Shown in pieces: positions 9,839 to 18,879 of a stretch of 64,000 bases of DNA. The DNA is from an uncultured bacterium (GTDB taxonomy: Bacteria; Omnitrophota; Omnitrophia; Omnitrophales; Aquincolibacteriaceae). The translations under genes were made by a program, and so were the position numbers. Location: NCBI GenBank assembly GCA_964562525.1, contig CAZLTL010000001.1, positions 104,428 through 168,427 on the forward strand, written 5' to 3'. The notes under the pieces were generated by a model. The model was not told where the DNA came from and made no database searches. It was given only the letters and a program-made list of their open reading frames with translations. How positions within the stretch are numbered: the stretch's first letter is position 1; each line of letters starts with the position of its first letter.

Positions 9839-10719
9839 TTGATTAACCCCATTTTTTTAAGCGAAGCGGCTAATTTTTCTTCATTCGACCTTTGCATCGG
9901 ACAAAGCGGCAAACGGAACTCCAAGTGAAGCTTACCCATCAACCCCAAAGCGGTTTTGACGGGAATCGGGTTGGTTTCAATAAAAAGAATTTGCGCCAAA
10001 TCCAAATGCTTTTCATGCAACGCGCGCGCCTTCTTCATATTGCCCTTCATCGACTCATGCACCAAGTCACGATGAAGCTTGGGAACAATATTTGCGGTAA
10101 CAGAAATCGCACCCACTGCACCGAGTGCAATCATCGGAAAAGTAAGCGAATCTTCTCCCGAAAGAATCGGCAAGGAACAACGCTGTTGAATTTGATCGAC
10201 TTGCGCCAAACTTCCGCTGGCTTCTTTTATCGCAACCACAGTATCAATTTTTGACAAGCGCGCGACCGTATCGGGAGCCATCGAAACACCGGTGCGTCCC
10301 GGAACATTGTAAAGAATGATCGGCAAATCCACTTTGCGGGCCAAAAACTCATAATGTTTATACAAGCCTTCCTGTGTCGGCTTATTGTAATAAGGAGTGA
10401 CAACTAACGCACCATCCGCGCCAATTTTCTTAGCATGCTGCATCAGCCCAAGTGATTCCGCAGTGTTGTTCGAGCCTGCGCCGCAAACGACCGGCACACG
10501 TCCATTCACATAATCCACGACAAACGACATCACGTTGCGGTGTTCTTCATGTGAAAGCGTCGCAGACTCACCGGTTGTGCCGCAGGGAATAATCACGTCG
10601 GTACCGTTTTTGATTTGGAAATCAATCAAACCTCTGAGAGCCTTCTCATCCACCTGATTATTTTTAATCGGCGTCACAAGCGCAACCATTGATCCCTGAA
10701 ACTTCGGCTTCTTACTCAT
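9835..10719 (-). CDS. dapA: 4-hydroxy-tetrahydrodipicolinate synthase
   Basis: Carries DapA/NAL-family motifs VALVTPIK...GTTGESATLSHEEH and YNVPGRTG. It overlaps dapB by 4 nt. Confidence 0.9.
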   Translation of the reverse strand: MSKKPKFQGSMVALVTPIKNNQVDEKALRGLIDFQIKNGTDVIIPCGTTGESATLSHEEHRNVMSFVVDYVNGRVPVVCGAGSNNTAESLGLMQHAKKIGADGALVVTPYYNKPTQEGLYKHYEFLARKVDLPIILYNVPGRTGVSMAPDTVARLSKIDTVVAIKEASGSLAQVDQIQQRCSLPILSGEDSLTFPMIALGAVGAISVTANIVPKLHRDLVHESMKGNMKKARALHEKHLDLAQILFIETNPIPVKTALGLMGKLHLEFRLPLCPMQRSNEEKLAASLKKMGLIK

Positions 10720-11528
10720 AGTTTGATTTTCCCTTCATAAACCACATGCGCGCCGCCCTCAAGAAAAGCCTTGAGCGGGCGCCCCGCATCGTCAAATTCA
10801 AAAGACACTTTCAAAACTTCGCCGCCGCGGGTCAAAACTTCCACGGGCGACTTTGCGTTAAACTTTAAAACAGCCGCAAGCGCGGATGCCGTTGAACCTG
10901 TCCCACAAGCTTGCGTTTCATCTTCGACGCCGCGTTCATAAGTGCGCACCGTAATTTTAGAACCGCCGCGATGCTTTACAAAATTGACATTCGTTCCTTT
11001 AGGCGCGAATTGCTTATGGGTGCGAATCGCGCGACCCCATTCAAAAATGTTAGCCTTTTCCAGCTTGTCCCAGAAAATCACAACATGCGGAACGCCGGTA
11101 TTAAAAAAGTCATAATCAAAATCTTCACCGCAAACCGAAACTCCGCCATCCCGCTCCAAAATCTGCGGCTGAATCAATTGAACACGAACTTTGTCTTTTT
11201 TTACTTCCGCCGCAATAATTCCGGAAATAGATTCAAATTTCATTTTGGACGGAAACTTAAGAATGTCGTGCGCAAATCGCCCAACACAACGGAAACCATT
11301 TCCGCAAGCTTCAGCCTCGCTACCGTCCGAGTTGAAAATGCGGGCTTTAAAATCAGCCTTGGAAGACTTTTCAATCACAAGCACACCATCCGCACCGATA
11401 CCGGTATGCACAGGGCAAACCCGTGCGGCAAACGCTTTGAGATTGGAAATCGACTTCTTGCGGTGATCAATCACCACAAAGTCATTTCCGGACGCCTGTA
11501 TTTTGTAAAACTGGATTGTTTTTGCCAT
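10716..11528 (-). CDS. dapF: Diaminopimelate epimerase
   Basis: Carries SGNDFVVID and the two active-site cysteine contexts ACGNGFRC and QACGTGSTA. Confidence 0.9.
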   Translation of the reverse strand: MAKTIQFYKIQASGNDFVVIDHRKKSISNLKAFAARVCPVHTGIGADGVLVIEKSSKADFKARIFNSDGSEAEACGNGFRCVGRFAHDILKFPSKMKFESISGIIAAEVKKDKVRVQLIQPQILERDGGVSVCGEDFDYDFFNTGVPHVVIFWDKLEKANIFEWGRAIRTHKQFAPKGTNVNFVKHRGGSKITVRTYERGVEDETQACGTGSTASALAAVLKFNAKSPVEVLTRGGEVLKVSFEFDDAGRPLKAFLEGGAHVVYEGKIKL

Positions 11529-11648
11529 CTGTATTCATTTTTTGAAGTCATCAAGTGACTTCAAAAGGAGGGGTATTGTAGCAAATCGGCTTACCAATTT
11601 AAGCTAAATTTTAGAGGTTTTTCAAAGATTTTCTCTATACAAACAACA

Positions 11649-11763
11649 AACCGCTCAAAAGACTTGGATGTCAGGCACTCACGAGCGCCCGCGGAGGCGT
11701 AGTGAAACCTACGCCGCACAAGGAAGCGAAGGGAGCAACGCCGCAACCGAGCTCTTTTCAGCG
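11649..11763. repeat. REP/BIME-like structured intergenic element, copy a (odc|dapF spacer)
   Basis: Core is GAGCGCCCGCGGAGGCGTAG-TGAAAC-CTACGCCGCACAAGGAAGCGAAG...GCAACGCCGCA. The flanks CCGCTCAAAAGA and TCTTTTCAGCGG are mutually complementary. It shares this core with copies b-e. Confidence 0.6.
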
Positions 11764-11765
11764 GT

Positions 11766-12953
11766 TTAAATAAGGACGATTTTGGCGGGGGGAAAACCGT
11801 TAAAATTGGGGGTCGCGCTGGCAGAAGAATAAGCGCCTATGTTCTTCACATAGACGATATCTCCCATATTTAGTTCCGGCATTTCGCAATTTTCCGCCAA
11901 AGTATCAAGAGAATCGCAAGTCGGTCCGGCCAAAGTACACATAAACTTAGGTCCGCGGCGCAAGGTTTTGAACTCATATTTACAGTGATCAAAAATCATG
12001 CCCGAGAAATCCTGGTAAATTCCGTCATTTAAATAATAGTAACTCTTGTTGTTGCGGAAAGACCGGCCCACAACCTTGGTCACTAAAATTCCGGATGGCC
12101 CCGCAAAGAAACGGCCGGGTTCAGCGATAATTTTGACATTGCTGTCAAAAAGTTTCTTCAACTGCTTGCGAATTTGCGCGGCCATACGTTCGAAGTTAAT
12201 TCCGATTTCATTGTCAAAATGCTGAATCGGAAATCCCCCGCCGATATCGACGATTTTGAGCGGCATTCCATTCGATTCCGCTTCTTCAAAAATCGCGGCC
12301 GTAATTTCAAGCGCTTGTAAATAATTTTCCACGTTCTTGGACTGTGAGCCCACATGAAAACTAATTCCCTTCGGAACCAGCCCCAAAGCTTTGGCTTTCT
12401 TTAAAAGAAAGAAAGCCTGCTCGGGATCGCAACCGAATTTAAGCGAAAGCTGAACCACACTGCCGAGGTTCGCCACTTTAATACGCGCAACCACATGCGC
12501 GCCGGGATAATTCTCAGCAATTTTATAAAGCTCGGTTTCACTGTCAAAAGTCATCAACTTCACGCGCCGGCGTTTCGCGGCTTGAATATCCTCTTCTGAT
12601 TTAATCGTGTTCGCAAAAATTACTTTGCTCGGCTCCGCGCCCAATTTTAAAACCAATTTCATTTCTGCCGCGCTGGCAACGTCAAAAGACGCGCCAAGAT
12701 CAACGAATTCTTTGATGATTTTCGGATGCGGGTTGGCCTTAATCGCGTAATAAGGAGTGACTTCGGGAAGACATTTACGGAACCGTTCGTATTGCTTTTG
12801 CAAAGCAGAACGGCGAATCAGCATGAAAGGCGTCTTGTGCTTTTTGAGCATCGAACGAACCAAGTCGTCGATACCAAAAGGCGCGGGACCTTTCGATTTA
12901 CTGGCTAACAGCGGAGGCTCTTGTTGAGGAGCTGATTCTTCTTTCATAGGCAC
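11766..12953 (-). CDS. Eukaryotic-type (alanine-racemase-fold, Fold III) ornithine decarboxylase; likely the putrescine-forming step for the adjacent homospermidine synthase
   Basis: The PLP-lysine context is PYYAIKANPHP. FANTIK, MTFDSETEL, SFHVGSQ, IVDIGGGFP and IAEPGRFF are ODC-like. GPTCDSLD carries the catalytic Cys as in eukaryotic ODC GPTCDGLD. The end GAYSSASATPNFNGF also matches ODC. The ATG at 12953 overlaps hss by 56 nt; an alternative start lies at 12851 (MLKKHK). Confidence 0.8.
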   Translation of the reverse strand: MPMKEESAPQQEPPLLASKSKGPAPFGIDDLVRSMLKKHKTPFMLIRRSALQKQYERFRKCLPEVTPYYAIKANPHPKIIKEFVDLGASFDVASAAEMKLVLKLGAEPSKVIFANTIKSEEDIQAAKRRRVKLMTFDSETELYKIAENYPGAHVVARIKVANLGSVVQLSLKFGCDPEQAFFLLKKAKALGLVPKGISFHVGSQSKNVENYLQALEITAAIFEEAESNGMPLKIVDIGGGFPIQHFDNEIGINFERMAAQIRKQLKKLFDSNVKIIAEPGRFFAGPSGILVTKVVGRSFRNNKSYYYLNDGIYQDFSGMIFDHCKYEFKTLRRGPKFMCTLAGPTCDSLDTLAENCEMPELNMGDIVYVKNIGAYSSASATPNFNGFPPAKIVLI

Positions 12954-14418
12954 CTAGTCTCTCCTGATGATGGATGAGAAACGTTGTAAATTGCCAGACA
13001 TCCTCTGGTCTCGGTTGCGGGACATTGAACTTGGTATATTTAATATTGGCATTTTTCATCGGCGTCCAATCCACCGCTTCAGAAAAAATCGGCTTAATAT
13101 AAGGCTTCACAATTTTAAGAATCGGCTCATGATCCACATCATCCGGCATCAAAAACCCTTTGCGCGGATTATCAATCATCCAAATCACCGCTGCCACCAT
13201 CGAAATCGCAACCTGCAAAGTCGTTGCTTGCTGACCGGGAGCCAGCTTGCGGGCCTCATCAATAGTTAAACAGCTGCCGCACCACCAAGAGTTAAAATCA
13301 TGCCCCATCAAAAGCACGCCCAGCTCATCTTTACCGGCAATAATTTCATCATTCATGATGCGCTGCTTTTCCTGCAATTGAAACTGGCGCATCTCAAGTT
13401 CATGCATGGAGTTGATCGCGGAGTCAGACGGGCAATACGCATAATGCACGGTCGGACGATAAACCGGAACGCCGCGTTCCCACACCGTCAAACGATCCGA
13501 AATACTGAAAGCTTCACCGTGACGAATCACCATGCCGGTAATTTCACCGCTCGGAACCCAAGAACGCACCCAGGTTTTCATACCGATCGTATTTAAGCAA
13601 ATTTGATTCTTAGGACCCTCGTCATAAAAGAAAGCCCCGTCGGGAATCAGCTTCTCATGCGTTCCCCAGCCCATTTCCGCCGGCGCCACACCCTCTTCAT
13701 AAAAACCCTCGATACTCCAAGTGTTCACAAACTCATTCATTTGCTTGGGCTTGTCGGTAATTTGCGAATCGCGCTCGCTGATGTGAATGGTTTTAACGCC
13801 GGTCAACTGCGCCAGCTTAGAAAAATTCTTGTCTTCCAACGCCTGAACAAGCTGCTTCTTGCGCTTATCCTTAGGCTTCACTTTTAAAATCTTTTCACCG
13901 ATTTGGATCAGCGCGTGTTTTGTGAAATGGGAAACAAGCCCGGGATTAGCGCCATGATCAACAATCGCGGTTGCACCGGGCTGAGTCGCCCAGGGATCGG
14001 TAATTTTACGCAACCGCATATGGCGGTTATAAAGCGTATAACGGCGCGGGTCATCGCGAATTTCATCTCCGTACGGATCCCACTCTTCAACCGAGGTGTT
14101 GGAATAGAGCACGTCATGCTGCCGGCACCAGGTTAAAATCGCGCCGCAATCAATGTTCCATGCAAGGTCAATAATCAAATCGCCTTTACCGACATATTTG
14201 GAAAGCAGCTTGGAATAATTTTCGGGCGCGATGCGGTCAACAACATAATTGACGCCGCGCTTTAAAGCGGATTTAACGCGGTGACGATTATCAACAAAAT
14301 CCATGATCGTGATTTTTTCCGCCGGCATATCCATATGCTTAAGCAGAAGCGGAATGAGACACTGTGAAACAGAGCCGCATCCGATCACCAAGATTTTGCC
14401 GTTAAATTTCTTTTTCAT
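12898..14418 (-). CDS. hss: Homospermidine synthase (bacterial HSS, CANSDH/saccharopine-dehydrogenase-like)
   Basis: It has an NAD-binding start KILVIGCGSVSQ. Long collinear matches to characterised bacterial HSS include VNTWSIEGFYEEGVAPAEMGWGTHEK, YRPTVHYAYCPSDSAINSMHE, DELGVLLMGHDFNSWWCGS and APGQQATTLQVAISMVAAVIWMIDNP. Confidence 0.85.
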   Translation of the reverse strand: MKKKFNGKILVIGCGSVSQCLIPLLLKHMDMPAEKITIMDFVDNRHRVKSALKRGVNYVVDRIAPENYSKLLSKYVGKGDLIIDLAWNIDCGAILTWCRQHDVLYSNTSVEEWDPYGDEIRDDPRRYTLYNRHMRLRKITDPWATQPGATAIVDHGANPGLVSHFTKHALIQIGEKILKVKPKDKRKKQLVQALEDKNFSKLAQLTGVKTIHISERDSQITDKPKQMNEFVNTWSIEGFYEEGVAPAEMGWGTHEKLIPDGAFFYDEGPKNQICLNTIGMKTWVRSWVPSGEITGMVIRHGEAFSISDRLTVWERGVPVYRPTVHYAYCPSDSAINSMHELEMRQFQLQEKQRIMNDEIIAGKDELGVLLMGHDFNSWWCGSCLTIDEARKLAPGQQATTLQVAISMVAAVIWMIDNPRKGFLMPDDVDHEPILKIVKPYIKPIFSEAVDWTPMKNANIKYTKFNVPQPRPEDVWQFTTFLIHHQERLGAYERRISSSTRASAVSQ

Positions 14419-14477
14419 TTTTATATGTCAGATTTATAACCTGCTGGCGGTTGAGCAACGCTCAGAGCCAAAATAAA

Positions 14478-14507
14478 ACAGAATTGAAATATACAATAAC
14501 TGCACTC
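14478..14507 (-). promoter_or_regulatory. Sigma70-type promoter for hss-odc: TTGACA, 16-nt spacer, TATATT
   Basis: The minus strand reads TTGACActgagtgcagttattgTATATT about 60 nt upstream of the hss ATG. This is a near-consensus -35 and -10. Confidence 0.5.
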
Positions 14508-14523
14508 AGTGTCAATAAAACTG

Positions 14524-14853
14524 TTAGCTTTTTTTCGCGAAACGGCGACTGCGGTGCTCCGAAACTTCCGCGGCGGTAAAACCGACTGCCTGTTGCGGTG
14601 GCAAAGCGCCCAAAATCTGTTCTAACCGGCGCAAAATCCGGCGTTGCGGCTGAGAAAGTTCATAGCGTGAGTAAAATCCTGACAAAAAACCGAGCGCTTC
14701 GGCGGCAGGAATGCGAAAAACATCGGAAGTTGCCGTACGGCAGCACGCAAAACCGGTGATCAATTCAGACCAAAGTTTTTCACTCACCGGAAAGCCGTCT
14801 TCATTTTGAAAATCAGGCACCGCGTCGGAAGTAAAAAGAAAAACCTGACGCAC
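14524..14853 (-). CDS. Hypothetical 109-aa protein; GTG start directly abuts the lysA stop
   Basis: The ORF fills the lysA-hss spacer with no gap. Its codon usage resembles its neighbours. It has no recognisable motif, no internal Met and no Shine-Dalgarno. Confidence 0.3.
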   Translation of the reverse strand: MRQVFLFTSDAVPDFQNEDGFPVSEKLWSELITGFACCRTATSDVFRIPAAEALGFLSGFYSRYELSQPQRRILRRLEQILGALPPQQAVGFTAAEVSEHRSRRFAKKS

Positions 14854-16113
14854 TTACTTGAGATAAGCCGGAATCACTTCCCCGGCAAGCAATTCGTCCA
14901 CGGACTCGCGTTTTTTAACCACGCTAAAAGAAGAGCCCTTCACCAAAACTTCAACCGCGCGACCGCGCGTATTGTAATTGGAAGACATCACATATCCGTA
15001 GGCTCCCGCTGAAAAAACCGCGATCAAATCACCGCGCTTCAGTTCGGGCAATTTACGTCCCTTGGCGAGATAATCGCCGCTTTCACACACCGGTCCGACC
15101 ACGTCGTAAACCACGGTCTTGGACTTTGCTTTTTTGCTCACAGGCTCAATGCGATGATAGGCATCGTAAAAAGAAGGGCGAATCAAATCATTCATGGCCG
15201 CGTCAATGATCGCGAAATTCTTCACATCGGTTTCTTTCACATAAATTACCTGTGCCGCGAGAATACCGCTATTCGCGGAAATAAAACGACCCGGCTCCAT
15301 AATGATTTTGAGCCCGGTCTTTTTCAGAATCGACGCGACTTTCTTGGCATAATCCGACGCCTTCTGGGGCTTTTCATGATTATAAGTCACGCCTAATCCG
15401 CCGCCGATATTAAGAAACTCCAACGCAACTCCGTCTTTTTGCAAATCAGCGATAAACTTTGTCACTTTATTGAACGCGTGCACAAACGGAGTTCCGCTTT
15501 CAATCTGAGAACCGATATGCACATGCAAACCCGCAAAACGCACCCAAGGATACTGATCGCGGTTGATAAAAGCTTCTTCCGCCGTCAGCAAATCAATCCC
15601 GAACTTGCTTTCTTTTTTTCCCGTTGAAATATGGCGGTGCGTACGCGGATCCACATCAGGATTGATACGCAAAGAAATCGTCGCTTTGCGCTTCAATTTT
15701 TCCGCCACCGCATTAATCGCGGCAATTTCAGGAATGGACTCCACATTGAAAAATAAAATTCCATAACGGATGGCCGCGGCGATTTCTTCATCCGTTTTAC
15801 CAACACCGGCAAAGACAATTTTTTCGCCGGGACAACCCGCGCGCTTCGCCCGTTCAAGCTCCCCACCCGAGACAATATCAAGCCCGCTGCCTTGCTTCAC
15901 AAGCGCGCGCAAAACAGCGATGTTGGAATTGGCTTTCATCGAATAGCAAATTAAAGGATTCACCGATTTAAAAGCCAGCTGCAATTCCTTCAGGCGGCCC
16001 GTAAAAGCAGCATGGCTATATATATAGGCAGGCGTTCCGGCGGCTTTGACAATATCCGCAACGCGCACACCTTCGCAAAAAAGCTCATTCTTCTTATAAG
16101 TAAATTCAGACAT
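14854..16113 (-). CDS. lysA: Diaminopimelate decarboxylase
   Basis: YDVVGPVCESGD is the LysA signature. The PLP-lysine context is CYSMKANSN, with HVHIGSQ also present. The start MSEFTYKK is preferred (GGAGA Shine-Dalgarno 7 nt upstream); the track ORF extends to 16164. Confidence 0.9.
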   Translation of the reverse strand: MSEFTYKKNELFCEGVRVADIVKAAGTPAYIYSHAAFTGRLKELQLAFKSVNPLICYSMKANSNIAVLRALVKQGSGLDIVSGGELERAKRAGCPGEKIVFAGVGKTDEEIAAAIRYGILFFNVESIPEIAAINAVAEKLKRKATISLRINPDVDPRTHRHISTGKKESKFGIDLLTAEEAFINRDQYPWVRFAGLHVHIGSQIESGTPFVHAFNKVTKFIADLQKDGVALEFLNIGGGLGVTYNHEKPQKASDYAKKVASILKKTGLKIIMEPGRFISANSGILAAQVIYVKETDVKNFAIIDAAMNDLIRPSFYDAYHRIEPVSKKAKSKTVVYDVVGPVCESGDYLAKGRKLPELKRGDLIAVFSAGAYGYVMSSNYNTRGRAVEVLVKGSSFSVVKKRESVDELLAGEVIPAYLK

Positions 16114-16136
16114 GGGGTTCTCTCCGAGCCGCGGGA

Positions 16137-17537
16137 CTAAGCCCGGGATAGTTTCTTTTTCCAAAATTGGATTTGTTGTTTGACCAAGCGAGGACTGGTA
16201 CTGCCAAGCGTTTGTTTGCCCTCCACCGACTTTTCAGCGTTGAAAAGCGCAAACGCGTCACGGCCCGCGGCGGGGGCGAATGCCTGCAATTCTTTTAAAT
16301 CAAAATCACGGATTTTTTTTCCGGTTTTAACCGAATGCGCCACAATTTTACCGACCGCGTGATGCGCATCCGTAAAAAGCACACCCTTGCGAACCAAATA
16401 TTCAAGCAAATCAGTCGCGTAAAGGCCGTCATCCTGTAATTGCTTTTCCGCAGCCTGTTTTTGAAACTTTGCGGTTTGAATCGTGAGACTTAAAACTTCA
16501 AGCGCCAGCATCGTTTCAGCCAAGGCGAAAAAAACACCGGGTTTGTCTTCCTGCAAATCGCGGTTATAAGCGAGGGGCAAGCCCTTTTGCACAACAAGCA
16601 TTGCCTGCAAAATCCCGAAAATGGATCCGCTCTTCCCTCTTACCAGCTCAAAGACATCCGGATTTTTCTTCTGCGGCATTAAGCTCGAGCCTGTAGAAAA
16701 ACGATCATCCAAATCCACATAACCAAAAAATTCCGAATTCCACAAAACAAAATCTTCGGATAGGCGCGACAAATGCACCCACACCGTTGAAATACCGGCG
16801 AGCAATTCCGCTAAAAAAGCACGATCACTTGTCGCAGCCATGCTATTCATGGCCAACTTCGAAAAACCTAGCTCTTTCGCAAGAAATTTACGGTCAAAGG
16901 GCAAAGCCGACCCTCCAAGCGCCGCGGAACCGAGCGGCAAAACATCCAGCCGTTTCAAAACATCACTCAGCCGATCAATGTCTTCTTCCAGCATTTCAAC
17001 ATAAGCAAGCAGATGATGCGCGAGTAAAACTGGCTGTGCTTTTCTTAAATGCGTGAGACCGGGAATAATCAGATCAGCATTATTCTCAGCTTGCTGCGTT
17101 AATGCTTTTTGAAGCTTACGGACATAAGCCTGCAATTGAGCAACTTGTCCTTTTAAGTAAACACGCGTAGAAGTCACAACTAAATCATTGCGGCTCCGGC
17201 CCGTATGCAGTTTTTTTGCGACGGGACCGCAAGCTTTTTCGAGCAAAGTCTGAATCAGCGAATGCACATCTTCGACATCGGAATATTCGCAGCAAGCCTG
17301 ACACTCATCCCATTCTTTCTCAATTTTATCGAGGCCTCTGGCAAGCTTCTTCAATTCGGCGGAAGAAACAACCTTCGCCTTGGCGAGCATTTTAATCCAC
17401 GCGCGATTCACTTGAATTTCAGAATAAAAAAGCGCGCTGTCAGTCGCCAGCGAATAGCTAAATTCCTGCAAAGCGGGATGCATGCCCTGCTCAAATCTTC
17501 CGCCCCACAACTTTTTCTGCCCGTTTTCTTTTTTCAT
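16137..17537 (-). CDS. argH: Argininosuccinate lyase
   Basis: It starts KLWGGRF. The fumarate-lyase signature GSSLMPQKKNPD is present. Confidence 0.92.
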   Translation of the reverse strand: MKKENGQKKLWGGRFEQGMHPALQEFSYSLATDSALFYSEIQVNRAWIKMLAKAKVVSSAELKKLARGLDKIEKEWDECQACCEYSDVEDVHSLIQTLLEKACGPVAKKLHTGRSRNDLVVTSTRVYLKGQVAQLQAYVRKLQKALTQQAENNADLIIPGLTHLRKAQPVLLAHHLLAYVEMLEEDIDRLSDVLKRLDVLPLGSAALGGSALPFDRKFLAKELGFSKLAMNSMAATSDRAFLAELLAGISTVWVHLSRLSEDFVLWNSEFFGYVDLDDRFSTGSSLMPQKKNPDVFELVRGKSGSIFGILQAMLVVQKGLPLAYNRDLQEDKPGVFFALAETMLALEVLSLTIQTAKFQKQAAEKQLQDDGLYATDLLEYLVRKGVLFTDAHHAVGKIVAHSVKTGKKIRDFDLKELQAFAPAAGRDAFALFNAEKSVEGKQTLGSTSPRLVKQQIQFWKKKLSRA

Positions 17538-17562
17538 ATTTTCCCGATTTTTTTAATCGCTC

Positions 17563-17689
17563 TAAAAAATTCTCAAAATGATGCGGATGCCAGGCGCGCC
17601 CGAGTCATCGAGGAGGCGTATTTACTGATACGCCGCACGATGGTGACGAAAGGCGCAACGCCGCAGACGCTCATTTTCAGAATTTTTAC
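17563..17689. repeat. REP/BIME-like structured intergenic element, copy b (argG|argH spacer)
   Basis: Core is CGAGGAGGCGTA-TTTACTGA-TACGCCGCACGATGGTGACGAAAGGCGCAACGCCGCAGACG. The flanks TAAAAAATTCTCAAAATGA and TCATTTTCAGAATTTTTAC are complementary. The 3' arm overlaps the argG stop codon. Confidence 0.6.
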
Positions 17690-18879
17690 TTGCCCATGCC
17701 TTCGTAAGGAAGCCCCCAAAGCTTCATAAACCCGGCAGCCGCAGTTCTGTCAAACACATCGCCCTTGGAATAAGTTGCCAGTTTATGCGAATACAGTGAA
17801 TACTTTGACTCACGCCCAGCAGGGAGCACATGCCCCTTCTCCAACTTAAATTTGATTTTTCCGGTTACGCGCTTTTGATTTGAGGCAAAAAAAGCATCAA
17901 GCGCATTCTTCAGCGGCGAAAACCAAAGCCCGAAATAAACCAGCTCCGAATACTTTTCGGAAAGAACACGCTTGTAATGCAGAAACTCGCGGTCCATCAC
18001 AAGACCTTCAAGCTCTTCATGCGCTTTAAGCAATACTTCCGCAGCCGGCGCTTCATAGATTTCTCGGCTCTTGATTCCGACCAACCGGTTTTCAACCATA
18101 TCAAAACGGCCGACGCCGTTACGACCGGCAATCACATTCAATTTTTCAATCAACGCGGCAAAGCCCATTTTCTTACCGTTAAGCTTTACAGGTACACCGT
18201 TCACAAAATCAATCGTGACATATTCATGCTTCGGAGTTTTGGAAACATGGCGCGTCATTACATAAGCGTCTTCCGGCGGTTCCTGCCAAAGGTCTTCCAG
18301 AATTCCGGCTTCTATCGCGATACCCCAAATATTTTTGTCGATCGAATAGGGGCTTTTCTTCGTCGCACCGATGGGGATTTTATGCTTAATCGCGTAATCA
18401 ATTTCCTCTTCGCGGGTATTAAATTCCCACTCGCGTAAAGGCGCGATGATTTCAAGCTTTGGATTGAGCGTACGAACGCCGACTTCAATGCGAACCTGAT
18501 CATTGCCTTTACCCGTGCAGCCATGCGCCACAGCGGTTGCGCCCTCTTTTTCAGCGACTTCCGCGAGCCGCTTCGCGATCAAAGGACGACCGAGCGCGGT
18601 TGCAAGAGGATATTTGCCTTCATATCGCGCATGCGCCCACAGAGCTGGCAAAATAAAGTCATCGGCGAACTCTTGCTTCAAATCTTCAATGTAAACTTTT
18701 TTCGAACCGGCCGCGTTGGCACGTTTTCTCAAAATTTTAGGGTCGCTGACTTCCCCTAAAAACGCGGAGAAGCAGATCACTTCCGCGTTATATTTATCTT
18801 TGAGCCATTTCGCGATACAAGATGTATCCAGCCCGCCCGAATACGCCAACACAATTTTTTTATTTGCAGACTTTTTCAT
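17686..18879 (-). CDS. argG: Argininosuccinate synthase
   Basis: It has the PP-loop AYSGGLDTS. The remainder is collinear with ArgG. Confidence 0.92.
   Translation of the reverse strand: MKKSANKKIVLAYSGGLDTSCIAKWLKDKYNAEVICFSAFLGEVSDPKILRKRANAAGSKKVYIEDLKQEFADDFILPALWAHARYEGKYPLATALGRPLIAKRLAEVAEKEGATAVAHGCTGKGNDQVRIEVGVRTLNPKLEIIAPLREWEFNTREEEIDYAIKHKIPIGATKKSPYSIDKNIWGIAIEAGILEDLWQEPPEDAYVMTRHVSKTPKHEYVTIDFVNGVPVKLNGKKMGFAALIEKLNVIAGRNGVGRFDMVENRLVGIKSREIYEAPAAEVLLKAHEELEGLVMDREFLHYKRVLSEKYSELVYFGLWFSPLKNALDAFFASNQKRVTGKIKFKLEKGHVLPAGRESKYSLYSHKLATYSKGDVFDRTAAAGFMKLWGLPYEGMGK

Noticed and set aside
10911-11558. 215-aa plus-strand ORF across dapF
   Set aside because: It is antisense to dapF, which carries clear epimerase motifs. 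It is Arg/Phe-rich and low-complexity.
17205-17729. 174-aa plus-strand ORF spanning the argH start and REP copy b
   Set aside because: It is antisense to argH and crosses an intergenic repeat. No motifs.
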